Source: a bacterium (GTDB lineage: Bacteria; 4484-113; JAFGCY01). From it: DNA of 64,000 nt. The notes below the pieces were generated by a model. That model made no database searches. It was not told where the DNA came from and saw nothing but the letters and a program-made list of their open reading frames with translations. The position numbers were made by a program, and so were the translations under genes. Of the stretch, positions 43,454 through 53,103 are shown piece by piece; the stretch's first letter is position 1, and each line of letters starts with the position of its first letter. Location: the NCBI GenBank assembly GCA_020440645.1, contig JAGRNR010000009.1, positions 5,092 through 69,091 on the forward strand, given 5' to 3'.

Positions 43454-45553
43454 CTAGTTCACGGTGATGAACTTGTAGGCGATGCCCGTTTCCCCGAGCG
43501 AATCCGTCACCCGCACGGCAAGTGTGTAGAATCCGGGTGAGTTGAGGGTAGTGTTGATCGTGCTGTTCTCGAAGGTGGCTTCGAAGAAGCCGTCACCGTC
43601 CAGGTCATAGTCATAGATAACCGACAGCCCGTCCTCATCGTCCGAGCTCAGGCTGGCATCCAGCATTACCAGCACCGGTGCAAACCCAGTGTCCGGTGAT
43701 CCAGTCAGCACGGCGTTGGGCGGATGGTTCTCCAGACAGGTCAGCTTGTAGGCGCCCGGGCCGGTCTCGATGGCGGAACCGGGCACGAACACCTTCAGGT
43801 AGTAGCGCCCGGCGGCCGGCAGGCTGAAGTTGATGTATTCACGGTCCACGTTGTCAATCGATTCAATCAACGGAACGACCAGGTCTGACTCATGGTACAG
43901 AGCCAGTGAAAGGTCGACCGTCGCCGAACTGAAGTCCACCCAGAAGCTGGCGGTGGTGGCCCGGTCGGCATCGATCGCGTACCAGTCCTCGGTGTCGCTG
44001 CCGCCGACGCTAGCACTCCAGTCGCGGATATGCTTCGCGTAGTTGAGGAAACCGCCGAGGCTGTCCGCCTCCGTCTCGGCATTGTTGGGCTCAGTCTCCT
44101 GCGGGTCCACCCCGTTTGACACGATCACCTTCAGGCTGGCGGTGGCCTCCCGCTCACCACTGTCGGTGATGCGCACCGTTGGCGTGAATTCGCCGGGCAG
44201 CGTGTAGGTGATGTCACCACCGGGGTTCAGGCCGAGGTCATAGTCAAACGTGCCGTCACCCTCGAAGTCCCATTCGTACTTGACGATGTCATTGTCGGGG
44301 TCCACGAGGCCGCTGGTGTCGATGTAACGGATGATTCCGTTCTGCAGGCAGTAGTAGTCGATGCTCAGTTCAGCAGTGGGCGGGTTCTCACCGCTGATCG
44401 GCGTGATCGTGACATCCGTCGTGGCCGTGGCACTTTCCCCGAAGAAATCGATCACCATCACCCCGACGGTGAAGGTGCCGGCCTCGATGAATTCGCGGTA
44501 GGCGAAGGGGACCGGGGTCTGCAGCTCATGGAACCCGTCGTCGTCAAGGTCCCAGCGGTAATTGACGATGCCGCCATCCGGGTCCATGCTGTTGAAGGCG
44601 TCAAAGTTGATGGCCTGGGGCAGCGGACCGCCGTTCGGCAAGGCCACGATGTCCGCGATCGGTGGCAGGTTGCCCGGTTCACCGGTCACATTGATCGTGG
44701 CGGTGGCTTCGCCGGTGCCACCTTCGTTATCAACCACGCGCAGGGTGCAGGTGAAGGTGCCGACATGGTCGTAGTCGTGGCTGGGGGTCGGCCCGAGGTC
44801 ACCGGGTGTGAAGTAGATTGGGTCCTCGAATGACCAGTGGTACTCGGCGATCGTGCCATCCAGGTCGGAGCTGGCGGAGCCGTCAAACCCTGTGGTGAAG
44901 AAGTACTGGCCGCTGTCCTGGGCCACGGTGAAGCTGGCGGTCGGGGCGAAGTTGCCACCGAGCCGCACACGGGTCAGCTCGAAGCTGCCGCTGCCGGTCA
45001 GCAACACGCAGCAGTAGATCGCGTCGAAGTTCGAGAAATAGCCGTCCAGCGAGCCGAAGTCGAAGTGGTCATCGTCATTGCCAAGCTGCCATTTCCAGCG
45101 GCCGCTGCCGTAATCCGTGATGCCGACGTAGTACTCGCCGGAGTCCGGGCGCACGCCCCACTGCAGGTCGACCTGAGCCTCCCTTGCGAATCCCGGCAGG
45201 TGGTAACCGTAGATGCCCCAGCTCACATCCAGCTTCGGCGGGTTGGCGGCGGGGTCCCAGTCCGGGGCCATCAGCAGGCTGTCCCCGAACACGATCGCAT
45301 TCTCGCGGCTGCCGGGCGTGATGATCTCCGCACCCTTGCGGATGTAGTCCGCCGGTGTATCACTGAAGCTGCGCCCAACGGCGGGCAGCTCGGCCGGGGC
45401 TGGAAGCTGGGCAAGCAGGTCCTGCGGCAGTTCAACCGGACCGGACTGGCGCTCAGGCGTGGCAGCCTTTTCCTGCAGGTTGGCAGCGCCGGATGAACAG
45501 GCTGCCAGGCAGAATAGGCAGCCTGCCAGCAGAAGGGCAAATGAAGCACGCAT
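43454..45553 (-). CDS. Lipoprotein of a tandem paralogous family: conserved N-terminal domain, PKD repeats, C-terminal PPC (pre-peptidase C-terminal) domain
   Basis: Lipobox LLAGCLFCLAACSSG. Family N-domain (…SFSDTPADYIRKG…LLMAPDWDPAANPP…VSWGIYGYHLPGF…). Several PKD-like units (…YHWSFEDPIYF…; …YRWDLDDDGFHE…; …YEWDFEGDGTFD…; …YDYDLDGDGFFE…). PPC-like segment (ETEPNN…DWYAID…GRYYLKVF…GAYKLT). Confidence 0.8.
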   Translation of the reverse strand: MRASFALLLAGCLFCLAACSSGAANLQEKAATPERQSGPVELPQDLLAQLPAPAELPAVGRSFSDTPADYIRKGAEIITPGSRENAIVFGDSLLMAPDWDPAANPPKLDVSWGIYGYHLPGFAREAQVDLQWGVRPDSGEYYVGITDYGSGRWKWQLGNDDDHFDFGSLDGYFSNFDAIYCCVLLTGSGSFELTRVRLGGNFAPTASFTVAQDSGQYFFTTGFDGSASSDLDGTIAEYHWSFEDPIYFTPGDLGPTPSHDYDHVGTFTCTLRVVDNEGGTGEATATINVTGEPGNLPPIADIVALPNGGPLPQAINFDAFNSMDPDGGIVNYRWDLDDDGFHELQTPVPFAYREFIEAGTFTVGVMVIDFFGESATATTDVTITPISGENPPTAELSIDYYCLQNGIIRYIDTSGLVDPDNDIVKYEWDFEGDGTFDYDLGLNPGGDITYTLPGEFTPTVRITDSGEREATASLKVIVSNGVDPQETEPNNAETEADSLGGFLNYAKHIRDWSASVGGSDTEDWYAIDADRATTASFWVDFSSATVDLSLALYHESDLVVPLIESIDNVDREYINFSLPAAGRYYLKVFVPGSAIETGPGAYKLTCLENHPPNAVLTGSPDTGFAPVLVMLDASLSSDDEDGLSVIYDYDLDGDGFFEATFENSTINTTLNSPGFYTLAVRVTDSLGETGIAYKFITVN

Positions 45554-45675
45554 CTTTATTCCTCACTGCGCCCGGATACTCTCCAGCAAGCTGGAGGGGC
45601 AGCACAGAATTCTAACTGAAAGAATCACCAAACTGAGCTTCGCGGCAAGCAGGTCCCAGCTACCCCTGGCACGGT

Positions 45676-47790
45676 TCAAATGGGTAAGGCAGTTACTATG
45701 ACGAAGTCTGTATCCGCGAGGCCCCACTCATCGATTACGCGCACGCTGACGACGATTGCACCGGGTACTGTGATCTGCGTGTCATAGGTGGGCTGGAACT
45801 GGCCGGTCACTTCAAAGATCCCGTCACCGTCGACATCAAACTGGTATTCAGTGATGTAGCCCATCTCAACTGTGCTGGCAGATGCATCCAGCGAAATGTC
45901 AAATGGAACCGACCCAACGAGCGGATCAGCGGACAAAGCGGCGTGCGGGCCGTCATAGTTGCGGCAGCGGAATGTGTAGTCACCGGGGCCCTTCGCCAGT
46001 GCTGAGGGATCTATGCTCACACGGATCAGGTACTGGCCGGCGGAGGGCAGCACGAACTTGAGGATTTCACTATCCAAGATGCCGTGTGCGCTGGCCAATG
46101 GGTTGTCGGTGTCGCCGGCGGAATACAGGTCCAGGCGCATGTCTATCTCGCTGCGGAGGAAATCCGCGACGAACGCCACTGGACCGCTGCGGTCGGATTC
46201 GAAGGAGTACCAGTCCGCGCTGTCGCCGCCGCCCTCATCCAGTGAGCCCTTCCAGTTGCAGATCCCCTTGGAGTAGTTCATGAAGCCGGTGAACTCCTCG
46301 GCCTCGCCCGGGGTACCGTTGGGTTCAGTTTCAGCCAAGCCGGAATTCGGCCCGATCCGCAGCGGTATGCTGGCAACGTCTGTCCGGCCGCCGCTGTCCG
46401 TCACGCGGAATGTCGCGTTGAAAGTCTGCCCTGTCTGGGCATAGGTCGCAACGAATTCCTCACCGGGGGCGAAAGAATAATCGAATATGCCATCACCCTC
46501 CAGGTCCGTCTCGAACGAGACGATGTCATTGTCGGGGTCGCTGCTCTCGCTCCAGTCTATCCTGAAGGCACCCGGTGAGTTGAAGCTGTAGTCGGACTTG
46601 ACGACGATGGTCGGCGGCTCAGTACCATCAACCGGGTCAATCACCACCGTGGTTGAGGCGGTGCTAAAGCTGCCCTGGTTGTCAATCGCCATCACGGACA
46701 CCTCATAGCTGCCGGGTACGGCGAAGAACCACTTCTGCACGGCACTGCCAAAAACCTCGAAATGCCCGTCTCCGTCGAAGTCGAAACGGTAGCCGGCTAT
46801 CGAGCCGTCCGTGTCGCTGCTGCCGCTGCAGTCGAAGTTGATCCACTGCGGGACCGGTCCACCGCTGGTGTCAGGCACGATCGAGGCAAGCGGTGCAGCG
46901 TTGCCATCCACCAGGGCGACCGAAATCGGGATGCTGAGCTCGGCGGTGGCTCCCTCATTGTCCGTCAGGCGCAGTGTGCAGGTGTACTCGCCCGCGTGGT
47001 CGTAAGTCCAGAAAACCACCGGGGCCGGGTACCGGAAATCCGTGTAGACCGGATCCTCCATTGACCATTCGTAGCCTGCAATGCTGCCGTCCGGATCGTG
47101 GCAACCCGAGGCGTCGAACTGGACCTCCAGAGAGCCTGTTCCACTGGTCTGGTTCGGGATCAGGCTGGCCACGGGCGGCAGGTTCTCCCCCAGACGCAGC
47201 CGGCTGAGATTGAAGTTGCCCTTGTCCGCGACCAGGATGGTGAAATAGATGTCGCCATTCCCGGAGAAGTAGCCGTCAAGGCTACCGAAATCAATGATGT
47301 CCTGATCCGTGCCCTGGAACCATTGCCAGCGATTGCTGCTGAAGTCGCTGACACCGATGTAGTGGCGCGCTCCGTCCGGCCTGGGGCCTTCCCACAGTAC
47401 CTGCAGTTCCGGCTGGCGCTGGAAATCAGTGATGTTGAAACCTTAAATCGCCCAGCTCAGCTCACGTGTCGGCGGCTCGGCCACGGGCTCGTAATCAGCA
47501 ACCATCACAAGCATGTTCCCGACAATGCTCGCATTGGCGAATGCATCAGGCTGATAAGTCTGATATCCATCCCGCAGGAAGTCCTCCGGGACATTGCTGG
47601 CGCTGCGCTGCTGCTGAGGCAGGCTGTCCAGTCCCGGCAGCCCGTCAGCCAGCGAGGGACTGAGCTGTACAGCCTCAGCCTGCGCGGAAACGGGCAGGTC
47701 AGCCGCCTGCTCCGGATGGGCCGGCTGGCTGCTGCATGAAGCCGCGAGCAGCAGGCAGCCTGCGCACGCGATGGCGAGAAGAGCTTTCAT
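45676..47790 (-). pseudogene. Paralog of the PKD/PPC lipoprotein family interrupted by a single in-frame TAA (Tyr codon position). Candidate pseudogene or sequencing error.
   Basis: ORFs 47443..47790 (signal peptide + N-domain start, ends …LSWAI*) and 45676..47172 are in the same frame. Reading through the TAA at 47443-47445 gives …LSWAI*GFNITDFQRQPELQVLWEGPRPDG…LRLGENLPPVASLIPNQTSGTG…, colinear with paralogs (…LSWGIYGFNIADY…). Only one stop separates the two parts. Confidence 0.7.
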
Positions 47791-47903
47791 CTTTATTCCT
47801 TGAACCTGCCTGGTTCCTTATGGCAGTGCAGGAGGCTGGGAAAATTCTACTCGATCAGTCTCAATCATTGACTTTCCCAGTAAAGCAATCCGCCAGCGAT
47901 CAT

Positions 47904-49997
47904 TCAGGGGGCGATGCCCGTCACTGTCACCGTGGCGATTGACTCCATTCCCAGCATGTCCTGTACCTTGACGCCGAGCTCCTGCGGTCCTTCCCAGCTG
48001 ACGGTGCCAGTACCGAGCCATCCGCCGGGCTCGCTCTCGAAGATCCCGTCGCCATCCATGTCAAAGAAGTAGATCAGGCCCTCCAGGTAACGGTCATAGC
48101 TGCGGCCCGCGTTGAGCACAACCTCGGTCCCCGTCTCCACTACCGTTGCGGAGGCCGTGACAAAAGCCACCGGCTTGGAGGGGTCCCAGAAGTCCAGCTT
48201 GTAGCCGCTGTCCTGCCCGGCCTCGCCTGCCTGCTTCGTGAACACGCGCAGGAAGTAGTCCCCCGGCGCCGTAATGAGAACGGACATAAACTCGTTGTCG
48301 GTATCCGAGTAGCTGAAGAACAGCGGGTTCACCAGGTCAAGAGGGCTGTACATCTCAATGTCCATGTCCATGAAACTGTGCGTGAAGATCAGGTTGAACC
48401 ACAGCTGGCCGTTGTGCGCGGCATGGATCACATACCAGTCCTCGGTATCCTCAGCGAACTTGAGCTGGCCGGGAAAGTCGCGCACCCGCACACACTCGTT
48501 GCCAAAACTGCCCAGGCTGATCGCCGTCTCCGGGCTGTCATTCGGTTCTACCTCCGGCTGGCCGGAGAATGGCGTGACCATCACTGGACAGGTTGCCGTG
48601 TCACTGCGTCCGCCGCTGTCAGTGACCCTCACGGCGACGTTGAACACGCCGCCATCCTGGGAATAGGTCACGTTATTCACGGGATCGAGCCCTGAATCAA
48701 CGTCGAACGTGCCGTCACCCTCGAAGTCCCATTCGTACTTCACGATGTCATTGTCAGGGTCATAGGATCCCTGTGCGGTGAAGTACCGTGCACCCGCAGT
48801 GTTGTCATACCAGTAGACGGCCTCCAGCTTTGCCACCGGAGGCTCCGTGCCCTCCACGGGCAGCACCTCGATCTGCATCGTGGCCGTGTCGACGGCACCG
48901 AACTCATCAATCACCATCACGCTGGGGTTGTAGGTGCCGGCTGCGATGTACAGAGCCTTGAACACCGGGCTGCCAAAAGTGAACTGCTCGAAGTACCCGT
49001 CCTCGTCAATGTCCCAGCGGAATGTCATGAAACCGTTCTCCGGATCCGTGCTGTCCTGTGCATTGAGCGTGACGGAAAGCGGAACCAGGCCGGATACCAC
49101 ATCAGATTCAGAGTAGATATCGGCCACAGGCGGGTCATTGCCAGGCACGGCGGTGACGCTGATCGGAATGACAAATTCCGTCATTCCGCCTTCGAGGTCA
49201 TGCGCCCTGCCTATGCAGTCGTACTCGCCGACATGGTCATACTCCCAGTACAGGAACGGACCGGCGGGCTCGAAGATCGGCCCACCCTCGGCGGACCATT
49301 CAAAGAAGGTCAGAGTGCCATCCGGATCGTAGCTGGCTGAGGCATCGATGTTGACCGTCAGCTTGCCCTGGCCGCTGTCGTTGTCAATCGTGTAGTCGAT
49401 CACGGGCGGGAAGTTGCCGCCGAGGCGCAGCCTGCTGAAGGTGAACTGGCCCTCCGTTGCCAGCAGCACCACCACATACAGGTCGCCGTTGGCAGAGAAA
49501 TAGTCAGCCAGCCCCGGGAAGTCCACGGTCCCGTCCGCCGTACCCTGGCGCCACTGCCAGTGTCCGCTGGAGTAATCACTGACCCCGATGTAGATGCCGG
49601 AGCTGGCGGGCGCAGTGCCATTCCACTTTGCCTGGATCTCCGTGCCGCGCTGGTAGTCTGCGATGTTGAAACCGTAGATCCCCCAGCTCAGTCCATGCAT
49701 CGGCGGGTCGCCCTGCGGATCATAGGTCGGGCTCATCGAGAGCTTGTCACCGGTCACCTCGGCATTCATCTTCGCCGATACCTTGTAGATGTCGGCTCCC
49801 GTGCGGATGCAGGCTTCCGGCGTATTGCTGGTACTGCGCTGCATGGCAGGCAGGGCAGAAATGGCCGGCAGCTGCGATTCAAGCTGCGGCAGGACAGCGT
49901 CGCCTGCCGGTTGGTTTACCTGGCCGCCACTTCCGCTGGAGCAGGCTGCCAGCAGCAGCATCGCTCCGGCCAGCAGGCCACTGAGCTGTCTGAACAT
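47904..49997 (-). CDS. Lipoprotein of the same tandem family (N-domain + PKD repeats + PPC domain)
   Basis: Lipobox LLLAACSSGSGG. …RSTSNTPEACIRTG…LSWGIYGFNIADYQRG…. Repeated …F.WD.DEDGYFE…/…YEWDFEGDGTFD… PKD units. C-terminal …EPNDSPETAISLG…DWYVIHAAHNG…GDYFLRVF… PPC-like domain. Confidence 0.8.
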   Translation of the reverse strand: MFRQLSGLLAGAMLLLAACSSGSGGQVNQPAGDAVLPQLESQLPAISALPAMQRSTSNTPEACIRTGADIYKVSAKMNAEVTGDKLSMSPTYDPQGDPPMHGLSWGIYGFNIADYQRGTEIQAKWNGTAPASSGIYIGVSDYSSGHWQWRQGTADGTVDFPGLADYFSANGDLYVVVLLATEGQFTFSRLRLGGNFPPVIDYTIDNDSGQGKLTVNIDASASYDPDGTLTFFEWSAEGGPIFEPAGPFLYWEYDHVGEYDCIGRAHDLEGGMTEFVIPISVTAVPGNDPPVADIYSESDVVSGLVPLSVTLNAQDSTDPENGFMTFRWDIDEDGYFEQFTFGSPVFKALYIAAGTYNPSVMVIDEFGAVDTATMQIEVLPVEGTEPPVAKLEAVYWYDNTAGARYFTAQGSYDPDNDIVKYEWDFEGDGTFDVDSGLDPVNNVTYSQDGGVFNVAVRVTDSGGRSDTATCPVMVTPFSGQPEVEPNDSPETAISLGSFGNECVRVRDFPGQLKFAEDTEDWYVIHAAHNGQLWFNLIFTHSFMDMDIEMYSPLDLVNPLFFSYSDTDNEFMSVLITAPGDYFLRVFTKQAGEAGQDSGYKLDFWDPSKPVAFVTASATVVETGTEVVLNAGRSYDRYLEGLIYFFDMDGDGIFESEPGGWLGTGTVSWEGPQELGVKVQDMLGMESIATVTVTGIAP

Positions 49998-50091
49998 GCG
50001 CTTGTCCTCGCACTTTACCGGGTTCCGTCCGCACAGATTCTAACCCAGGACAAACCAGGACAAGCAGTTGCATCGCAGTCCGGCCTGCAGC

Positions 50092-52914
50092 CTAGGCTTC
50101 CGGCAGGACCTCCATCATGTAGTCCTGCTCGAGCTTCGGGTTCGAGCTGGCCCACACGTAGGCATTGATGTAGTAGGTACCGGGCGCGGTGAAGTTGTAC
50201 GTGATCGACTCGTTGTCAGTGGTGCTTGTCGATGAGCCGATCTGGGACGTGCCGTCGGTGTCATACAGCTTCAGGTCGAGGTCGGACAGCGCATCGGTGA
50301 AGTACATGTTGATCACATAGCTGCCCGGTGTCACGATCTGGATCTTCATCCAGTCCGACTCGTCGCCATCCAGCGGCCCGTCCGGCCCGAGGTTGCCGAA
50401 CCAGCCGGTGAAGTCCGTGCCGGGGAACATGTTGCCGGTCAGGTAGTCGTCATTGTCCTCAACCTCGTCGTAGGTCAGGCTGACCGAGATATCCACCGAG
50501 TCGGTGCCACTGGCACCGTACTGGTCCGTCACGCGCACCATCGCGCTGACTGTGCCGGCCGAGTAGTAGGTATGGGTCACGAAGGGGTCGGTGGTGGTCT
50601 CGTCCCAGGTGCCGTCTCCGTTGTAGTCCCACTCGAACTTCGTCAGGTCATGCCCGTCCGGGTCGGTGCTGCCGCTGGCATCGAAGTCCACCACAAGCGG
50701 GGCCTCGCCACTCAGCGGGCTGGCGGTCAGGACCACATTCGGGTTGCCGTTGATCGAGTTGACGTTTACGGTCTTCGTCACCTTGCCACCCTGGTCGTCG
50801 GTCACGCGCACCTTGACCGCCACCGTGCCGGAAACCGTCATGTCGCCCATGAAGACTGAGGTCGTGCCGGTGTCCTGCTCGAAGCTGCCGTTGCCATCGA
50901 CGTCCCACTCGTACTTGGTGATCGTGCCGTCCGGGTCGTAGCTGCCCGTCGCATCCAGCGTGACCGGGAAGGGCACGTTGCCACTGAGCGGGCTGACGTT
51001 GAAGGTGACCACCGGCAGGCGGTTCACGCTGGCATCGAAGGTGTAGTCCGCCGGACCGCGGTCAGTCGCGCTGGCGTAGATGTAGATCCGGATGAAGTAG
51101 GTGCCGGTCTTGTCAGCCGGGATCGAGTAGCTGATCGACTCCGTGTTGCCCGTGCCGGTGGAGGATGCCACCGAGGTGCTCAGGTCGGATTCATGGAACA
51201 GGCGGATGTCAATGTCAGCCTCGGCATCGATGAAGGCCAGGTTCAGCTGCACCTCCAGTGGCTCGGGTGCCGCGAACACAAGCCAGTCCTCCTCGCTGCC
51301 GTCATAGCCGCCCACTCCGAGGTTGCCACGCCAGCCCTGGATGCCCTTCGCATAGCCGCCATAGCCCGGCAGCTGGTCAGCGGAAGCGCTGTCGTCATTC
51401 GCCTCGGTCTCGTGGTAGTTGCCGGCGCTGTCAACGATGAGCGTGGCCTGGAAGGTGTCATTCAGGCCGCCGCTGTCGGTCACGCGCAGGACCGGGGTGT
51501 AGGTGCCGATGCCGGGGTAGGTATGCTGGGCAGTGGCCGTGCCGCCGTTGTCAAGCTCGTAGGTTCCGTCACCGTCCCAGTCGAACTCGTACTTGACGAT
51601 GTCGTCGTCCGGGTCAGTAGAGACGGAGGCGTCGAAGTTGAACACGCCGTCATCGGTGCGGAAGCCGTAGTCCACCAGCATCAGTGCGTCCGGCGGGCTC
51701 TGCACCCCGACCTCCATCACCTCGATCAGCAGGTTGTCAGTCGCCGTGCTGCCGAGGTCGTCAGTCACGCGAAGCTTGATGTCGTAGCTGCCTGGATCGT
51801 TGAACGTTGTCGATGTGCTGTCGACCACGCCGGTGTCCTTCTCGAAGCTGCCGTTGCCGTCGAGGTCCCATTCGTACTTGACGATCGTGCCGTCCGGGTC
51901 GGAGCTGCCTGTGCCGTTGAACAGCACGGTGAGCGGTGCGGAACCGGTGGTCTTGTTGGCGCCGAGCACCGCCGTCGGCGGGTCGTTGTCAATGACAGGG
52001 GTGACGCTGACAACGGTCTCCGCGATGCGCTGGGCGCCCTCATTGTCAGTCAGCTGCACGCGCACGAGGAAGTTGCCTGTCTGGTTGTAGACATGCTGCG
52101 TGGTCTGGTCGGTACCGGGGGCACCGAAGCCGTCACCGGTGAAGTCCCATTCGAAGCTTGTGATGTCGCCGTCGATGTCATAGCTCGCACTGGCGTCGAA
52201 GTTGACGGTCAGCGGCACGGTGCCGCTGGTCGTGTCAGCCTGCAGGTCCGCCACCGGTGCGATGTTGTCACCGAGGCGCAGCTGGCCGAGGCTGTAGCTG
52301 CCCTGCCCGGTCAGCACCACGGCGATGTACAGGGTGTCCGTCGGGGAGAAGAAGTCCGCCAGGTTGCCGAAGTCCATCGCCGTGCCGGCGGCCGGTCCCT
52401 GGAACCACTGCCAGCGGCCGGCATCGAAGTTGCTGATGCCGATGAAGTAGTTGCCGGCGGGCGGCGTGGTGCCATCCCACCACAGCTGCAGGGTGCCGGG
52501 GCTGACATAGCCGGTCAGGCCGAAGCCGTAGACCGCCCAGGCCAGGTCGCTGGTGGGCGGGTTGGCGGTGCGCACCCAGTCCGGCGTCATCACGAGGAAA
52601 TCCCCGTCCACACTGGAGAAGGACTTCATTTCCGGCGTGATCAGCTGCGAACCAAAGCGGATGAAGTCCTCCGGCGCATTGCTCGAGCTGCGCTCGACGG
52701 CCGGCAGGTCTGAAAGGTCCGGCACCCCGTCCATGGCCACGGTGATCTCCGGCGCGGGCTTGGCATGTTCGATGCTGTATTCGAGGACCGGCTGTTCCTC
52801 ATTGAACTCGAACTTCTCGCGCTTGAAGAGTACCTGGTCTCCGCCCGACCCGCCTCCGCAGGAGGTGAGCAGGATTGAGACGGCGATGGCCCAGACATAT
52901 AGTGCATTTCTCAT
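50092..52914 (-). CDS. Largest member (940 aa) of the tandem lipoprotein family (N-domain + about 6 PKD repeats + PPC domain)
   Basis: Lipobox ILLTSCGGGSGG. …RSSSNAPEDFIRFG…FLVMTPDWVRTANPP…LAWAVYGFGLTGY…. Numerous …YEWD.DGNGSFE…/…FEWDYNGDGTWD… PKD-like units. Two PPC-like segments (…ETEANDDSASADQL…DWLVFAA…GTYFIRIY…; …VEDNDDYLTGN…DWMKIQI…GTYYINAY…). Confidence 0.8.
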   Translation of the reverse strand: MRNALYVWAIAVSILLTSCGGGSGGDQVLFKREKFEFNEEQPVLEYSIEHAKPAPEITVAMDGVPDLSDLPAVERSSSNAPEDFIRFGSQLITPEMKSFSSVDGDFLVMTPDWVRTANPPTSDLAWAVYGFGLTGYVSPGTLQLWWDGTTPPAGNYFIGISNFDAGRWQWFQGPAAGTAMDFGNLADFFSPTDTLYIAVVLTGQGSYSLGQLRLGDNIAPVADLQADTTSGTVPLTVNFDASASYDIDGDITSFEWDFTGDGFGAPGTDQTTQHVYNQTGNFLVRVQLTDNEGAQRIAETVVSVTPVIDNDPPTAVLGANKTTGSAPLTVLFNGTGSSDPDGTIVKYEWDLDGNGSFEKDTGVVDSTSTTFNDPGSYDIKLRVTDDLGSTATDNLLIEVMEVGVQSPPDALMLVDYGFRTDDGVFNFDASVSTDPDDDIVKYEFDWDGDGTYELDNGGTATAQHTYPGIGTYTPVLRVTDSGGLNDTFQATLIVDSAGNYHETEANDDSASADQLPGYGGYAKGIQGWRGNLGVGGYDGSEEDWLVFAAPEPLEVQLNLAFIDAEADIDIRLFHESDLSTSVASSTGTGNTESISYSIPADKTGTYFIRIYIYASATDRGPADYTFDASVNRLPVVTFNVSPLSGNVPFPVTLDATGSYDPDGTITKYEWDVDGNGSFEQDTGTTSVFMGDMTVSGTVAVKVRVTDDQGGKVTKTVNVNSINGNPNVVLTASPLSGEAPLVVDFDASGSTDPDGHDLTKFEWDYNGDGTWDETTTDPFVTHTYYSAGTVSAMVRVTDQYGASGTDSVDISVSLTYDEVEDNDDYLTGNMFPGTDFTGWFGNLGPDGPLDGDESDWMKIQIVTPGSYVINMYFTDALSDLDLKLYDTDGTSQIGSSTSTTDNESITYNFTAPGTYYINAYVWASSNPKLEQDYMMEVLPEA

Positions 52915-53103
52915 GAGGAATTCCTCTGGTTTCAGCGTGGAATACGGGTAAACATGCTGATTTTACCGGATTTTATGGTGACACATGTGAAAGATTAATT
53001 GTGTACCGCCGGTCGGTTTCATCTCAATTTGAAGTACCCTTGAAATTGTGGAAGAATTGTAAGAGGGCAGGCAAGCATGCCTGTCCGGCTGGCTGGACAA
53101 GCA

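Noticed and set aside
44837-45496. Plus-strand ORFs inside the PKD lipoprotein genes (44837..45496, 47098..47739, 51193..52713, etc.)
   Set aside because: Antisense to repeated PKD/PPC coding sequence. No domain signatures.
45676-47172. 498-aa ORF starting MASLIPNQTSG… as an independent gene, and 47443..47790 as an independent 115-aa lipoprotein
   Set aside because: They are two parts of one reading frame interrupted by a single TAA at a conserved Tyr codon. The 5' part has the signal peptide and family N-domain, the 3' part lacks any start context. Annotated instead as one disrupted paralog.
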